DNA of 64,000 bases from Selaginella moellendorffii (lineage: Eukaryota; Plantae; Lycopodiophyta). Position numbers and translations under genes: made by a program. Below the pieces are notes generated by a model, which was not told the origin of the DNA, searched no databases, and saw nothing but the letters and a program-made list of their open reading frames with translations. This document shows, one piece after another, positions 11,502-24,544 of this stretch. The stretch's first letter is position 1. The number at the start of each line of letters is the position of its first letter. Location: assembly GCF_000143415.4 (NCBI RefSeq), contig NW_003314261.1:2491266-2555265 (forward strand), given 5' to 3'.

Positions 11502-11973
11502 TTAGACTCTCTCGAGCTCATGAATGTGCTTGAGCTTTTGCGCTTTGAGAATGTCACTCCATCCCTGGAGCAGCCTCTTCTGCCGTTTAATCAGCTCGTC
11601 TTTCGCCCTGAGCTCGCTTTCGAGCCCAGCAATTTCCTGGAGACTAAAGTTCTAAGACAAGAAAAATCGCATGGAGGAAAAGAAGAACCTTTTTCAAGAG
11701 CTCCTCTTTGGGAGGCTGGTGTTCATGCTGTACCCGAATGAAAAATACTTGCAGCTGCTTCGCCGCTTCCATGAACTCCCGGGCATGGCGCTCCACATCC
11801 ACTAGAAGCGAAAAACCAAAATCCTTTGACACCGAAGAGAAAGACGTTATGTTACCGTGGTGGGAGGGATGAGTGGAACGATCGGCCGCCTGGAGCTCTC
11901 GAGCAGGGAGGCACGGCAACAATGTCGCGTCCAAAGACGCGACCCACGACTGGACTTCGTTTAGGCTGCTCAT
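11502..11973 (-). CDS. MED28: Mediator of RNA polymerase II subunit 28 (3 exons)
   Basis: LDATLLPCLPARELQAADRSTHPSHH/VDVERHAREFMEAAKQLQVFF...KK/EIAGLESELRAKDELIK...HIHELERV*. Confidence 0.92.
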
Positions 11974-12786
11974 ACCAAACACAACCCTAAAAAGAAAGAT
12001 GCAATAAAAAAGGTACTTTGCGATTGATTTGTGATTTTGAGAGTAGCAAGATCTACTTCCGATTTTTTTTTCCTGATTACCAAGTTTTGACACAGCATCT
12101 CTTGCGTCTACCCGTAAAACTCCTGTGTTCAATTATTGTTTTTTTCAAGATTTTGCTATGCTATTTGGGTTGAGAAAAATATTTCAAAATAAAATAATAA
12201 CAGTACTTTAAATTAATATTATTTTTGGTTTGCTTAAGGCACAATTCACCAAGATAAAACTTTAAGTGGAGATACTTAGGATATATTTGAATATTCTGAT
12301 CTAACAGTTGTTATTCATTTAGATTATATTTAAAATTATGAACATATTTGTAATTTATAAATTTTTATAAACATGTTTTAGTATATTCTAGTTTATTCTA
12401 ACATATAATGGTTGAAAATTAATCTTGTGTTTATAAATTATAAACATATTTATAATTATAAAATTCTATTTGATCAATTGGTAGTGGTTGTACAATACTC
12501 TTCTCCAGATCCATCAGTAGATAAGTCATGTTTCCCACTCCATTTCTCCCCTCCATTAGCTTTTCCATCCATTGAGAAGTTGGTTCTTCTCATTTCTACT
12601 TCCCATCTAGCTGTTTCACTACCATTATTAAACCCTTGATGCATTTTTGACCTTAGCCCATGTCCTTTGTCTATTTCTACTATCACCATGAAAGAATTAG
12701 TTAACGAGTCTGAACCACTTCAATTGTTTGCTTTGATTGTTAATCTTATTTATCGTTCCATTGACTCAACTGTTTGCTTGTTGGTG

Positions 12787-13010
12787 AAGTATTAGGATTT
12801 CCAAGATGTTTTTGACAAGAGAAAAGCTAGTGGTTTGCCTCCTCATCATTTTTATGACTGTGCTATTGAGTTATAAAAGGATGCTTAGCCCCCATGGGGA
12901 CCCATCTACAATCTCTCACCATTAGAGCTGGCTGCCCTTAAGGAGTATGTGGACTCTAATTTGGAATCTAGCTTCATTCAGCACTCTTAGTCACTTGCAG
13001 GGGCACTCCA
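12787..13010 (+). mobile_element. Decayed Tf2/chromovirus-type Ty3/gypsy pol fragment in an AT-rich block
   Basis: Translates as Y*DFQDVFDKRKASGLPPHHFYDCAIEL*KDA*PPWGPIYNLSPLELAALKEYVDSNLESSFIQHS*SLAGA, the start of the RT domain with several stops. Confidence 0.8.
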
Positions 13011-13856
13011 AATGGCTAAAATTTATAATTTCAGTTTTTAGGAATAATAATAATCTTATTTAATCAAATGAGAATTGAGCTTGTGTCATTTTTCTGATAT
13101 TAAATGTAATGCACCCTATTTTTCCCTATTGGAGCCAATTAGAAAAAATAGACAATTGTTTAATGAAAAAGCTCTTTATGACTATTTATCCCTATACATC
13201 CCCCAAAGTTCTATGAATTTACAATAATATTATATTTAAATCTCATCCTATAATAACATATATTACAGTTATGGTAATTCCACTAAGACTAAAGTGTATA
13301 ATACTAAATTTATATAGAAAATGCAAGATCTTCAAAATAACTTTATGTTGTGAAAGCATGGAGGTGGTTCTTGGGGTATTTTAATTATATTTATTTTGTT
13401 CATTGTAAAGTTGTAATTGGTAAATTTTTGCCACAAAAAATAGATAAAAAATGTAAGATAAAAATAAATTATTTTCACCAAAATTAATCAAAGAATATTA
13501 ATCTCAATAAACAATATACTTGGTGGTTCTTTGATTTATGAATAAGTTTATGAAAATATAAATGAGTAAATGATTAGAATTTTCTTGCCAATATTTAAGA
13601 AATTATTATGTAGTAAGATAAAGGTATAAAACACTAAATATGAGAATTAATATTAATGCAGAACATTTAAAGGATGTCTAAGTTAAATTTCGTCCATTTA
13701 TTTTAATAAGAAGACAATTTTAAAATATTAGTTTATAGAAACATTAAATTTATCTTTAGTTATATAAATTTCACATGCTGCTATTTATTAGGATTAACAA
13801 AATATATAACATTTATACTAACACTAGGTTTAATATTATAAAGAACTTTTACTCCT

Positions 13857-13858
<2 letters not shown>

Positions 13859-13903
<45 letters not shown>

Positions 13904-13946
13904 ACACACACACACATATATATACCTCTGTGTGTGTGTGTGTGTG
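13859..13946. repeat. Compound microsatellite (TA)n-(CA)n-(TA)n-(TG)n
   Basis: Directly visible. Confidence 0.9.
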
Positions 13947-14309
13947 AGTGCTCATATAATAGTTATTTTATTAAATATGACTTGGATGTAAAGTATATAC
14001 CTATAATATCCAGCCATATTTTTAATTTAATGGTTGTAATTTTATACTCTTAAACTATCTGCAGGAAACTGTCCTTGTGGTTGTGGCCAGCCTTCTTTCC
14101 TGTGCGTCAGTTGGGGTATATTTTGTCACTCAGTTTAAATCCAAAAGTCCTAGGCTAAAGTCGCTATTTGTAAAGGTGAATGGTACTACGTTGAATAAGA
14201 GTGAAAACAACCTCTACAAATTTTCAACTGTTTTAATGTGAGCAAGAGTCAAGTTGACGAATCACCATGTACGAGAGCCTTGGCTGTGGGATGCACCCCA
14301 TCCGCCGGT

Positions 14310-16030
14310 CGGCCACATTTGACGCTGGATTGGGATGCCTGGTAGCCGGTTGCAAGAAGCTCCAAGTCGTCGTCCTCAACGGCTGTGTTGGTATTTTGGA
14401 TGCCGGGCTTTGCTTCCTTGCTTCCAACAGTAAAGAGCCCACCACCATCGACGCCTCATACACAGAGGTCTCTATCGAAAGGTCTCTCTTTGCTTTTCAT
14501 TTCTTTTTCCTGTGTTGTCATCTTTGGTTCATTTAGCATAGACCGTGGTTGATTTAACCAGAAACTTCTCTTTTTGGTCCTTGTGTCTTTCGAGTTTGGT
14601 TGACCTGATAAAAAAATCTGTTTTTGTTTTTGCTTACTGTTTCCCAGATCACTGATGACGGCATCATCAAACTTGCCGTCTCTCAGAGTGTTGAATCTGG
14701 CTGCGTGCTCCAACGTTGGAGACGCGGGATTCTCGTACAAGTACATCATTGCTGGTATGTACGATGACGATTCTAAAATACAGTCGTTCTAGTCTTCTTT
14801 TTGCTCAGGAACTGGATCTATCTTGACCAATGTGGGAATCTTGTTTCTCTTGAAGCGAAGCTTGTAGTTTCTAAAGCTCTCATCTGTAAATTCCTTGTGG
14901 AGTATCAATTAATTTGGTTCTTATACTCGTGAGAAAAACGATCGCAGATCACTGCCAGCTGTTGGAAGCAGTTGGAAAGCTCACGCAGATCCGAACATGG
15001 CTGGCTGCGAAATCGCCGGCGATGGGCTTCGCTTAGTGGGCTCTTTCTGTCTTCAGCTAAGCGACTAAGTTTGAGCAAGTGTAGAGACGGATTCTGGCAT
15101 GGCTTCCATTTTACATGGCTGCAAAAACCCCTGGAAGCTTGATCTTACTTGCTGCCTCCACCTCACGGAGATCACTGCTTGCAACATCGCAAGGTCGAGC
15201 GCGGGTCTTGTCAGCTTAAAGATCGAAGCTAGAACAACATTTCACTGTTGATAGATCGTTGTAGCTGCTTGGAAGAACTGGACGTGACCGATTGCAACAT
15301 CGATGACGCAGATATGAGAGTGTAGCTCAAAGCTGACAGTTGCAGGACTGGAATGTATTGCGAAATGTAGGTTTTTGAAGACTCTCAAGCTCGGGTTTTG
15401 CAAGGTCAGCGACAATGGCACCGAGCATGTTGGAAGAAATTGCTCCAACTTGATCAAGCTCGATTTATACAGGTCAGTTTTGTGGACTTTCCGAAGTGCC
15501 AGCATAAAAGTCTCACTTTTTTGTTTATCAACGTACAGGTCGGGGAATGTTGGTGATGCGGGAGTTGCGTCCATAGCCGCTGGCTGTCGCAAGTTGAGAA
15601 TTCTAATCCTCTCGTACTGTCCAAACATCACGGACGCTTCCATCGTCTTCAATTCGCAGCTCAGCTATCTCCAGCAGCTTTGCAAACGAGTTGGCCTGGA
15701 GAAAAAACTCCCGGAATTCAAGAACCTTGTAAAGCAAACACGATCTCAAACACTGCGGCATTGGCGATCGGGGAATGACCTCCATCGTCTACTGCTTTGC
15801 AAATCTCCAACAGGTTCAAGCTCTTCCAAATCTTTCTTCTCAAAAGCTTACGGTCGTTTTTCTTCTCTTACCAGCTAAATCTATCGTATTGCCGGATCTC
15901 CAACGCTGGACTCGTGATGCTGGGAAATCTTCGCTGCTTGCAAAACGTGAAGCTCGTCCAGATCGGGAATGTTTCCGTCGAAGTTCTCGCGGCATCACTC
16001 CTTTCGTGTGTTTACTTCAAGAAAGCATGC
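14310..16030 (+). pseudogene. F-box/LRR-repeat protein (FBL3-like) pseudogene retaining introns
   Basis: Cys-containing LRRs (DAGLGCLVAGCKKLQVVVLNGC, LKTLKLGFCKVSDNG, GDAGVASIAAGCRKLRILILSYCPNITD, LNLSYCRISNAGL) with frameshifts and stops; no F-box or start codon seen. Confidence 0.8.
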
Positions 16031-16169
16031 CATGGCCTGGAGAACAGTGGGCAATATGGATCAAGCCCAAAGAGCTTCGTGGAAAGCTTTCATGTCCGTT
16101 CAAAAACGCGCGAAAGATTCGTGAGAAAGTGGCCTTGGAGCCTGAATCCTCATGATCAAAGCTTACACC

Positions 16170-16380
16170 CGAGTTTTCCGTGAGATGCCCGGCCTTTCAC
16201 ATTGATGTTCTTGCCTGCGGTGTTTAGCACATCTAGTCACATTGGCTGCTTGGAGAAAAGCCACCTGTGTGTGCTTCACGTCGATTACCTTCGACCATGG
16301 ATTGATCTCAGTCGCTCAGGACAGTTTGGGAGAGCTCAAGATCTGATGAACAACATGCTGTTTCTCCCTCATGAGGCTCC
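16170..16380 (+). pseudogene. Degenerate PLS-class PPR gene fragment
   Basis: AVFSTSSHIGCLEK...IDLSRSGQFGRAQDLMNNMLFLP resembles the terminal PPR motifs (ACSH.G; IDLL.RSG.L..A.DL...MPF.P). Confidence 0.5.
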
Positions 16381-18173
16381 AGCCAGAAGCTCCGTCGCCA
16401 TATCCTTAGAGCAATCTTGTGCAAATTGCAGCATCATCTATTACTGAGCACTTCATATCATATGTGTTTGTTAGGTGACGCAGGAGAGGGCGGTGCTCGA
16501 TCGGCTGGATTGTTAAGGAAAGGAGTTAGTTTAGCGCGTAAACGATGGCAAGGACAATGACGCATCAAAGAAAATGCCAAGAACAAACAAAGAATGTGCA
16601 GGCAAGCGACAGACTTACATACGCAGCGGCCAAACAAATATTTCTTCTGCCTTGCAGCCGGACCGATCGACGAAGACTCCGTCAAATCCTGGCGAGATTT
16701 CCAGCGAGAAAACCCGATTCGCTACGAACCTGTGAAGCCAGAGAAGAGAATGCGGCCCGCCGGATGGAACGCCGCTCACCAATGATTCGTGATCGGAGAA
16801 AGAAATGGATGCCTGAATCATGAGCGGCCATAAATTTCCAAGCTTAATGTCCATTACGATCCGGCGCAGCTCTTACCTAACAGAGAGGAGAAAGCGAGCG
16901 AGAAATCGAGCCGATCGCTCGCAGCAACGCGATTCCGGGATTAGGGCTCCTCAAAAACCACTGACTATCCGAGTACTTTTGGACCAGCCCTCCTATATCT
17001 CAAACTTATTTTTAACGAAGAATATTATTTCACATTTGCATAGATAATTTTTTTGTAACAAACTCAAGTTTTAAATAAATCTGAATAGAAATATTTAACA
17101 ATTTCTATATAGTTTCTTAACATATGTTTTTCGTTTTACAAAAAGTTATAATCAATAACATCCATTATAGTATTTTGTAGTAATTGTTAATTTAAATACA
17201 TCCAGAAAAAAATTTGAAAAATTTAAATTAAATTTTTAGATTGGTTTAATGAATAATTTAATATTATTTTATTGAGTTGAGTATTCTACTTCTTTTAATT
17301 ACAATTGTAAAAGTCAATTATTGAGTTAAAAAAATATATTGGACTTCATATATGTAAATTGTATAAATATTTTCATAAAATCTAAACATATATTGTTAGC
17401 AAAGAAAATGAGCATGAAGATTTAGTGATAAAAGAGCTTTTACATTTACTTTAGCTTACTCGCTTAGCTAAACATGAGTATATTCCTTTTTTTAAAATAC
17501 ACGTTCAAGATATTTTTATTTAGTTGCATGGCTATTTTATTATTTTATTTTTTATTAGAAATTTTTTCCAACTTGAACAACATTTATCCAGACTGTTTTG
17601 CATATTTAATTATAGTTAAAAAATAAATGAAAAAACTGCTCTTCACAATTAAAAAAAAAGTCAACATATTTATTTATTGAGTTGGATGAGAATATCCACT
17701 ATGCATTAGTAAGTATTAACACTAAATGTAATTATATATTAATGCTATAACTAACCAAATATAAATAATAAGAGTAAATATAAATTCAATAAAAAAATTA
17801 ATTTTGATAAATTAAAATTCTCCTATCTCCTCTTTCTTTTTGCTTAGATTGTTGTTTCACAAAACTCAAGTCCACTAAAACGTTAGAAATGAAAGAAAAA
17901 TGAAAAACCAATGCACGACACAGTTCGTATTACAAGGTGGCCTCGGTCGGGTCGTTGTGGTTATAGGTGGCCTTTTGTCACAAGAAAACAAGCTTCTCAG
18001 AGCTTCAAGGAAGTGATATCCGGGCTTCAAAGTTCCACTGTATCATGATGGAGAAGAATTAAAAAAGCAAGAGGAGGAGACATAGACGATTAAAGGCTTC
18101 TCAAATAGCTCGGCTCTTCCTGAGTGTGTTTTAAAGGTTGAGAGGCTTCAGCATGGGGAAATGTGGCTCCTTG

Positions 18174-18240
18174 AAGTAGCAGTAGTAGTAGTAATACAAG
18201 TAGTAGTAGCAGTAGTAGTAGCAGTAGTGATAGTAGTATA
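18174..18240. repeat. Imperfect (GTA/GCA)n trinucleotide repeat in the 3' region of the KH gene
   Basis: Directly visible. Confidence 0.8.
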
Positions 18241-18383
18241 GCTCGCAGCTGTGTGGAAGATGGTATAAGGCAAAGGGTAAGGATGTTAAACAGCCAAGCT
18301 AGTGCCTAAGCTTCTCGCCCAAAACGCCTAAAGACTGAATGCAAAGTAGCATGCAAGCAGCGAAGGGAAAGGACCACAGTACC

Positions 18384-20690
18384 TCAGTAGAGTCCAGTTG
18401 CTTGGGTCTGTGCCGTGAACATAAACGCTTCCAGCAGGCTTTGAGCAGCTTGCGTCTGATCGGGCGCGCCAGATATCTCGATTATGCGCTTGTCGGACCC
18501 GGGCTTGGGGTCATGAAGTTTCACTTTAGCTCCAGAGATCTATAGACAAGAAACATATAAGTTGCTCGGAGCAAAGCTTGTGAAATACCTGGCGTATCTG
18601 AGCTATATTGCTCCCCCCTTTCCCGATAATAGAGCCAATTACGGTTCCTGGAATGGTTATCTCGATCGTAGTACCTGCAACACTTGCCACCAGTCCAGAT
18701 CCTGCTCTGCCACTGCCAACGAAAAAAGGAGTGTCAAAAACTTGAAGCAACTAAGAATGAAGAGCATACGTTCCAAAACTGGCAGCTGTTGGTGTTGATC
18801 CAACATATGAGAGAGCGCCAAGTCCACCAGCAGCACCCTGTCAAAAGAAGATGGAATGAAGAGTCAGTGAAAAGCTGGAGATACCTGTAGACCCCAGTTT
18901 CTTGGGGTGGCGGGTATGGAAGAACGTAGACCCTGAGAACCTAGACCGGGTAGAGAAAACATTCCTGGAGATGGTTCATGCCTTGGTTCATACGTCGATG
19001 AGACAGGCACGCTCCCTTGGACCCCAAGACCCGGATTACTCGAGACATTTTTCATGTGCTCTGAAAATATGTTTGCTCTTAACCTGGTTATGATTTCAAT
19101 AACAGCATCCCTGGCCACAGTAATATCCCCTACAACCTGCACGTTGATTTGTTAGCTACTTTCTTGGAAGATCACACAGTAGTTGTTACCTGAACAAGTT
19201 CGTCGTCTTCATGAGCACACTTGGGTAAAGCTTCTTTGGACAAAACTCTAATATTCGCCCGAGTGTTCCTTCTCATGTCAGCAATAATACTACCTTTCTT
19301 CCCAAGTAAACAGCCAATATTTGCGGATGGAACCAAGAACCGGGTTGTCATAGCTCCATCCTTCTCGGCACTTGGATCAGAAATCCGGCTTTGGAGTTGT
19401 AGTACAGCTTCCAAAGCTGGAGATACCTGCTCATGAAGTACCTGGAAAAATACAAGTTGCGGATAGAAAAAGAACGTAAAAGAGTTACCTCATTAGAAGT
19501 AATGTGTATGACTCGTTCCTCTGCATTGGCCACCGCGTCCGCAATCTTGATCCGAGCACAAGTTTCCTCCCGGATCGATCTGATGATCATACCACCCTTG
19601 CCGATCACGCTGCCAATCTTCTCATTCGGACATAGCAACCTTACGGCAAATTCTCCCTCGACTGGCTCGTCTTTTACCCGACCACCACCAGGGAGTCCGT
19701 GTGCCAAAGGAAACGCGGAGGCTCCGTAAGACCAAGTCGAGCCGCCAAGACCACCTAGGTGAGGAGCGATACCGACCAAGTGCCCTCCTAGCTGACCCGG
19801 AGCAATGGAAGCATTCCCCTGGGGGAAAAACGCTCCCGGAGGAAGTAACGTACCCGGTAGAATAGTAGACTCTTGAAAAGGTCCTAAATGCCCTGCTTGA
19901 GGAGGCTTGTCTCTGGGAGGATTGTCATAGAGCCGAGTCGAGATCGTCGTGAGAGCTTTCTTCACGAGAGCCAACTCTCCAGTCAACTAAAACATGGAAA
20001 CAGAAAACCAATGTGAGAACCGAGGAACGAGACAAACCAAGAGAAAGATAAGATTGTTCTTGCCTGGACGAGCTCGTCAGTGTGATACGCACACTTTGGA
20101 AGCTGCTCCCTGGGAAGAACACGAATTTGTGCCCCGGATTCCACCCTCATTTGCTCGATGATCTTCCCGGCTTTGCCGAGCAAGCAGCCAATCTGGTTGC
20201 TGGGCACCAGCAGCCGCGCAGTGACATTCCTGGAAGAATCCTCGTCCTCATCAAACTCCTCGCCCTCTACAATCCTAGCAAAAACCTTGAACAGCGCCTC
20301 CTGTGACGCTGGAAGAGGTGTGCTCTCCTCGCCATTTTGCTCCTTGTCCTTGTCCATTTCCTTGCTCCCACCCCGAGGCTTACCTTCCCGCCTCTCCCTT
20401 GGCGAGATGAAAATCACCCTCTCATCCGACCCTGGAATCCCATCCGCGACCTTAATCTTGGCGCCCGTCTCGTTCCTCAGCGATTTGATGATGCTGCCGC
20501 CCTTGCCAATGACGCTGCCGATCTTGGCCCCGGGGCAGAGAATCCTGTACACCACATCGTCGACGGGAGGAGCGGCAGCCTCGGGAGTCCGCTCGAAACC
20601 GCCTCGCCGCCTCTGCCGGACGCTGCGATCGACGGAATCCTCCTCAAACTGGGAATGCGATCGCTTGTGCGCGTAGCGCGCGCCCTCCAT
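18384..20690 (-). CDS. Five-KH-domain RNA-binding protein (HEN4/RCF3-like family)
   Basis: Five GxxG KH loops: IGSVIGKGGSIIK, IGCLLGKAGKII, IGSVIGKGGMII, IGCLLGKKGSII, IGSIIGKGGSNI. The last exon ends ...QAAQSLLEAFMFTAQTQATGLY*. Confidence 0.93.
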
Positions 20691-20829
20691 CCCTCACTTT
20701 CCTTAGCCGCGATAAACCCTATCCGCCATAGCCAAAGATTAGGGCAAATCCGGGTAGTTAAATTCAATTCAGCTGATCGAGTTAGGGCGCAGCAAAAAAC
20801 TTAAATTTCAAACAATGCAATTCGCAAAG

Positions 20830-20891
20830 AAAATATCGCTCGAAAAGTGTGCCATGGATTGACAAGATATTTCCAAAATATCTCCACGTGG
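20830..20891 (+). promoter_or_regulatory. Evening elements plus G-box in the divergent promoter between the KH and RVE genes
   Basis: AAAATATCT at 20875-20883 immediately followed by CCACGTGG at 20884-20891; inverted AGATATTT at 20865-20872; near match AAAATATCG at 20830-20838. Confidence 0.7.
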
Positions 20892-20929
20892 TGTCCTTGT
20901 GGCTCAGGTTTAGGGTTCTTGAGGACGGC

Positions 20930-21886
20930 ATGGCGATCGCGCAGCAGCAGCGCCAAATGCAGGAGAGCGATGCCGCCAGGAAGATCCGCAAGCCCTACAC
21001 CATCACCAAGTCGCGCGAGAACTGGGCGGATGAAGAGCACGACAAATTCCTCGAGGCGCTGCATCTGTGAGTTCTTCCTCTCTTCTTTACAGTTCTCGAT
21101 ATTTTGCTTCTCCGCGTAGCTTCGATCGCGATTGGAAGAAGATTGAGGCCTTCGTGGGCTCTAAAACCGTGATACAGGTGAGAGTTCTCTTTGTTTTTTC
21201 TTTCTGTGATCCTTCTTTTTGTTGCTAGATTCGCAGCCACGCGCAGAAGTATTTCTTGAAGGTACAGAGAAACGGCACTGGAGAACACGTACCGCCTCCA
21301 AGGCCAAAGAGGAAAGCCGCACTACCATATCCTCAAAAAGCTCCGAAAGCCGGTATAATCTTGGAAACGGTTAGCGATTCTAATCCCTTCTCGTTGTTCT
21401 TCCGTTTTGCAGTACCTTCAACTGTTGCGGTGGTCGAACGATCTCCGGAAAGTCCCAGCAGCAGCGGTAGTGATGATGCTTCTCCTGGTAAGACAAGACA
21501 ATTTATCCATCGTTTCTATGGTTTAGCAAAGAGCTTTTCCTTTCCTTCTTTTCTTTCCAGCGACACCAGCACCAAATTTCGCAGCAGTCTATCAATTCCT
21601 TGGGAACGTCTTTGATCCAAATGCGTCTGGCCATCTCAACGCTTTAGGTGGAATGACTCCGATCGATCGCGAGACGGTAAGCATCTCAAAGTCCATCCAA
21701 AAAAGACCAGGCAAGTGAAAAAAAACACAAAAAACAGGTCTTACTTCTCATGAGGAACTTGACTGTCAACTTATCCACCAACGATATGACTGATCACGTA
21801 AGAGGTTCAAAGAACTCGTCACAAGCTCAAAGTTGAAAACTTTTGTGCTGCAGCTAAATTATCTTTGTCCTCCCGTTGGAGTCTAA
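20930..21886 (+). CDS. REVEILLE/LCL-clade single-MYB (SHAQKYF) circadian transcription factor, RVE4/6/8-like
   Basis: [76 protein letters not shown] and the LCL domain [16 protein letters not shown]...[20 protein letters not shown]. Confidence 0.93.
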
Positions 21887-22074
21887 ATGGCTCGCTTTTA
21901 AATTGGATCCAGCAAAGGTAAAAGGAAAAGTCTGGGATCTGTTTTGCATGGTTTATGTAAATTCCTAACTATGCCATGGTAAATATTCTAATTGATGGTT
22001 AAAGCTTACTTTTCAAATGGTAAAGAAATCATCTGAGATTTGTTTTCGGATAAACAGAAAAAATCGATTAATTA

Positions 22075-22940
22075 TCAGCCACCATGCCTTTTGGTAAAGG
22101 CAAAGTTGTCTCTGTAACAAGTCTTGTTCATCTCATTTCTCCACATCATCATCTCTTGCTCTTTTCTTGCCGCAAGCTCCAGAGTTTTGATTTCCATTTC
22201 CATAGCACCATCGTTCCTCTCCTGTCCAAGCTGTGGATTCCCGAACTGCTCAAAGCCCAACACCAGATCTCTCTCATCTATATCCTCCACCTTGAAATCC
22301 TTGAGAAAATTCCGTCCAAACTCCTCGTCCTGGCGTCCTTGGATCATCTCCACCCCACAATCCCGCGCCCCTTGGAGAATGTCCCTGCACCATTCTGGCC
22401 ACTCTGCCTCGTCTACTTCCAGGGACTCATCGTCCATGAGAGACATGATCAGGCAGTGGAGCTCGTGGTTGACCGGCAACGACTGGGTAGCTAGTGCGTT
22501 GACCCCACCTGTCTCGCCACCTTTTGTCTTGGTCCTCTTTCTGGGGGTCCGTTTTGCCCTCGTTGTTCCACCCACGGTGTGTTGGCTCTTGATGCTCATT
22601 GTCAATTTAAAACCAAAGGGTAAAACTATAACGAAACCTAAGGTCCTATTGATATTCGCAGTTACCTTTGTGCGTGGCTTCGTACGTGATTGGACGAGAT
22701 ATCCAAGCCAATTAGAGGGAGCTCCGTCATCGACGAGCGCGAGCTCCATCCCTTCATCCATGAAGACGAACGATGTTGCTTCCACTGGCGGATCAAACGC
22801 GAGCGTTTGAGGTGGTGTTTCCCAGGTTGATCTGAGGTCCTGTTCGCGAGAATGCATTGTTGCTTGGCACCAGTGATCACTGATATGATACGACTAGCAG
22901 CTTTGAGACCTTCATGCCTGGACACCACCTCACTCGGCAT
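22075..22940 (-). CDS. Hypothetical protein, possibly a degenerate SHAQKY-type MYB-related gene
   Basis: Long acidic ORF 22075-22857. The overlapping upstream frame ends HVRSHAQ at a GT donor that would splice in frame into it. Gene structure is uncertain. Confidence 0.35.
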
Positions 22941-22996
22941 GCGTAATGTCCTGCCAAAAGGGTGTTTGAGAAGACAACTTAAAAGCCTTTTGGTAC

Positions 22997-24544
22997 CTAT
23001 CCCGATTTTCCATCAAGTCCAGAAGTGCCATTACCGGATAAATCAAGTGGTGTATCTCCATCCTGAAAGAAAAGAATATTAAAGAGCGGGAGATGGAAGA
23101 GAGCCCACCTCGTTAGCAATTGTCCAGTCGGCTCCACGATTGAGCAAGACGCGAAGTATATCTCTCTGTTGGCAGCGAACCGCGACATGGAGCGGTGTCC
23201 AGCCCGCCTACAATCCACGAATTGAAGAACATCACATCCGGAAAAAAGAAAACCACCAGATCGGACCTTGTCAACAGAGTTTACATGCACTCCATATTTT
23301 AGCAGCAGTCTCACGACACTGGGACTCCCACTGGCGACTGCATGGTGTAAGAGCGTTGAGCCATCCTGCAAGGAATAGCAAGATATTTAGACACGACAGT
23401 GGCCCCCCAGAGAAAAGGAAGAGACAAAACCCCAGACCTTGTCCCGATAGAAAACGTTGGCTCCACCATGGATTAAATGTTTGACGATGTGAAGTCTGCC
23501 AGCTTGAACAGCTTTACGCAAAACCGTAACTCCTTCCTGCACGTCACTCCCTTGAGTGGGACACAACACAAAGACTTCCTATCCCTTTTTCTCTCTTTTT
23601 CTTCTCGCACTCTCAAGTACCTCGTTCACATTGTCTTCGTGATCATCCTGTTGCATCAGCTCCGCAACAAGAAATGGCTGCTGTGGCGAGGCCAGCGTGT
23701 GTAAAGGCATCCATTTCTCCTGCATGATCCACACCCAGTCAGTCGCGTTGCCTTCACGGTCGTTCTGGATGAACTTACACAACTTCTTTTCTCGATAGTT
23801 CGGCGGTCGCACTCCTGGAAGAGCTTCCTCTCATTTCCTTTGAGATTTTCTCCCTACAGTAACAGTAAGTAGATCATCTGTCACTTTAAAGGACGAACAA
23901 AAGAAGAAGAAGGAAGAATGGAATCGAAAAAGTAAGAAATAGTGACTTACTTTGGAATAGTTTGGTGGAGCTGGCTCGGTCACCTTCTTTGCCTGTTTCG
24001 AATTTTTCCGCGTGGCCTTGCCACAGTTGTCTAGATTTTGCGAGCGCTCGGCCGAAACAAGCTCGCCACCATTGTCATCTCCGAGCTCCAAATCATCACT
24101 GAGTTCTTCGTGGCGATAAGAAGCTCGATGAAGTTGACGACCACCTTCAAAGACAGTGTGTGCGACTTCTTCTTCTTCTTCTTCGATCTTCTCCTGTTGA
24201 ATGGCCTCGTCAATGATTTCGCCAAGCTTCTCCCGCAGCTTAGCCTTTTCCTCCTTGCTCCTCGACCGTCTCCCCTTGAGAACCTCTCTCCTCTTCTGCC
24301 GCTTGGTCCTGTTGAGATCGTCTTGCAAATCCCTCCATCTCTCGGGGACCAAGCCTCTAACTGGTACCTGAGCCACAAATCTCGTCCTTGCGCCTAGTGG
24401 AGGCGCCGGCGCTGGACGCTTCACAACCGACTCGAAAATCCCCTCCTCCACCTCCGCATCCTTCCCATCCGCCGCCTCCTCGTCCCTCCACAGCGAAATC
24501 TCCGCCAGCATTCTCATCGCCCGGCCGCATTTCTTGCGATCCAC
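22997..24544 (-). CDS. Plastid ankyrin-repeat protein, AKRP/EMB506-like (start and end uncertain)
   Basis: LVPERWRDLQDDLNRTKRQKRR, then ankyrin exons KWMPLHTLA, EGVTVLRKAV, DGSTLLHHAVASG, AGWTPLHVAVRCQQRDILRVLLNRGAD, DGDTPLDL. Confidence 0.75.

Noticed and set aside
16545-16823. Exon-like ORFs downstream of the PPR fragment
   Set aside because: No recognisable domain or complete gene structure.
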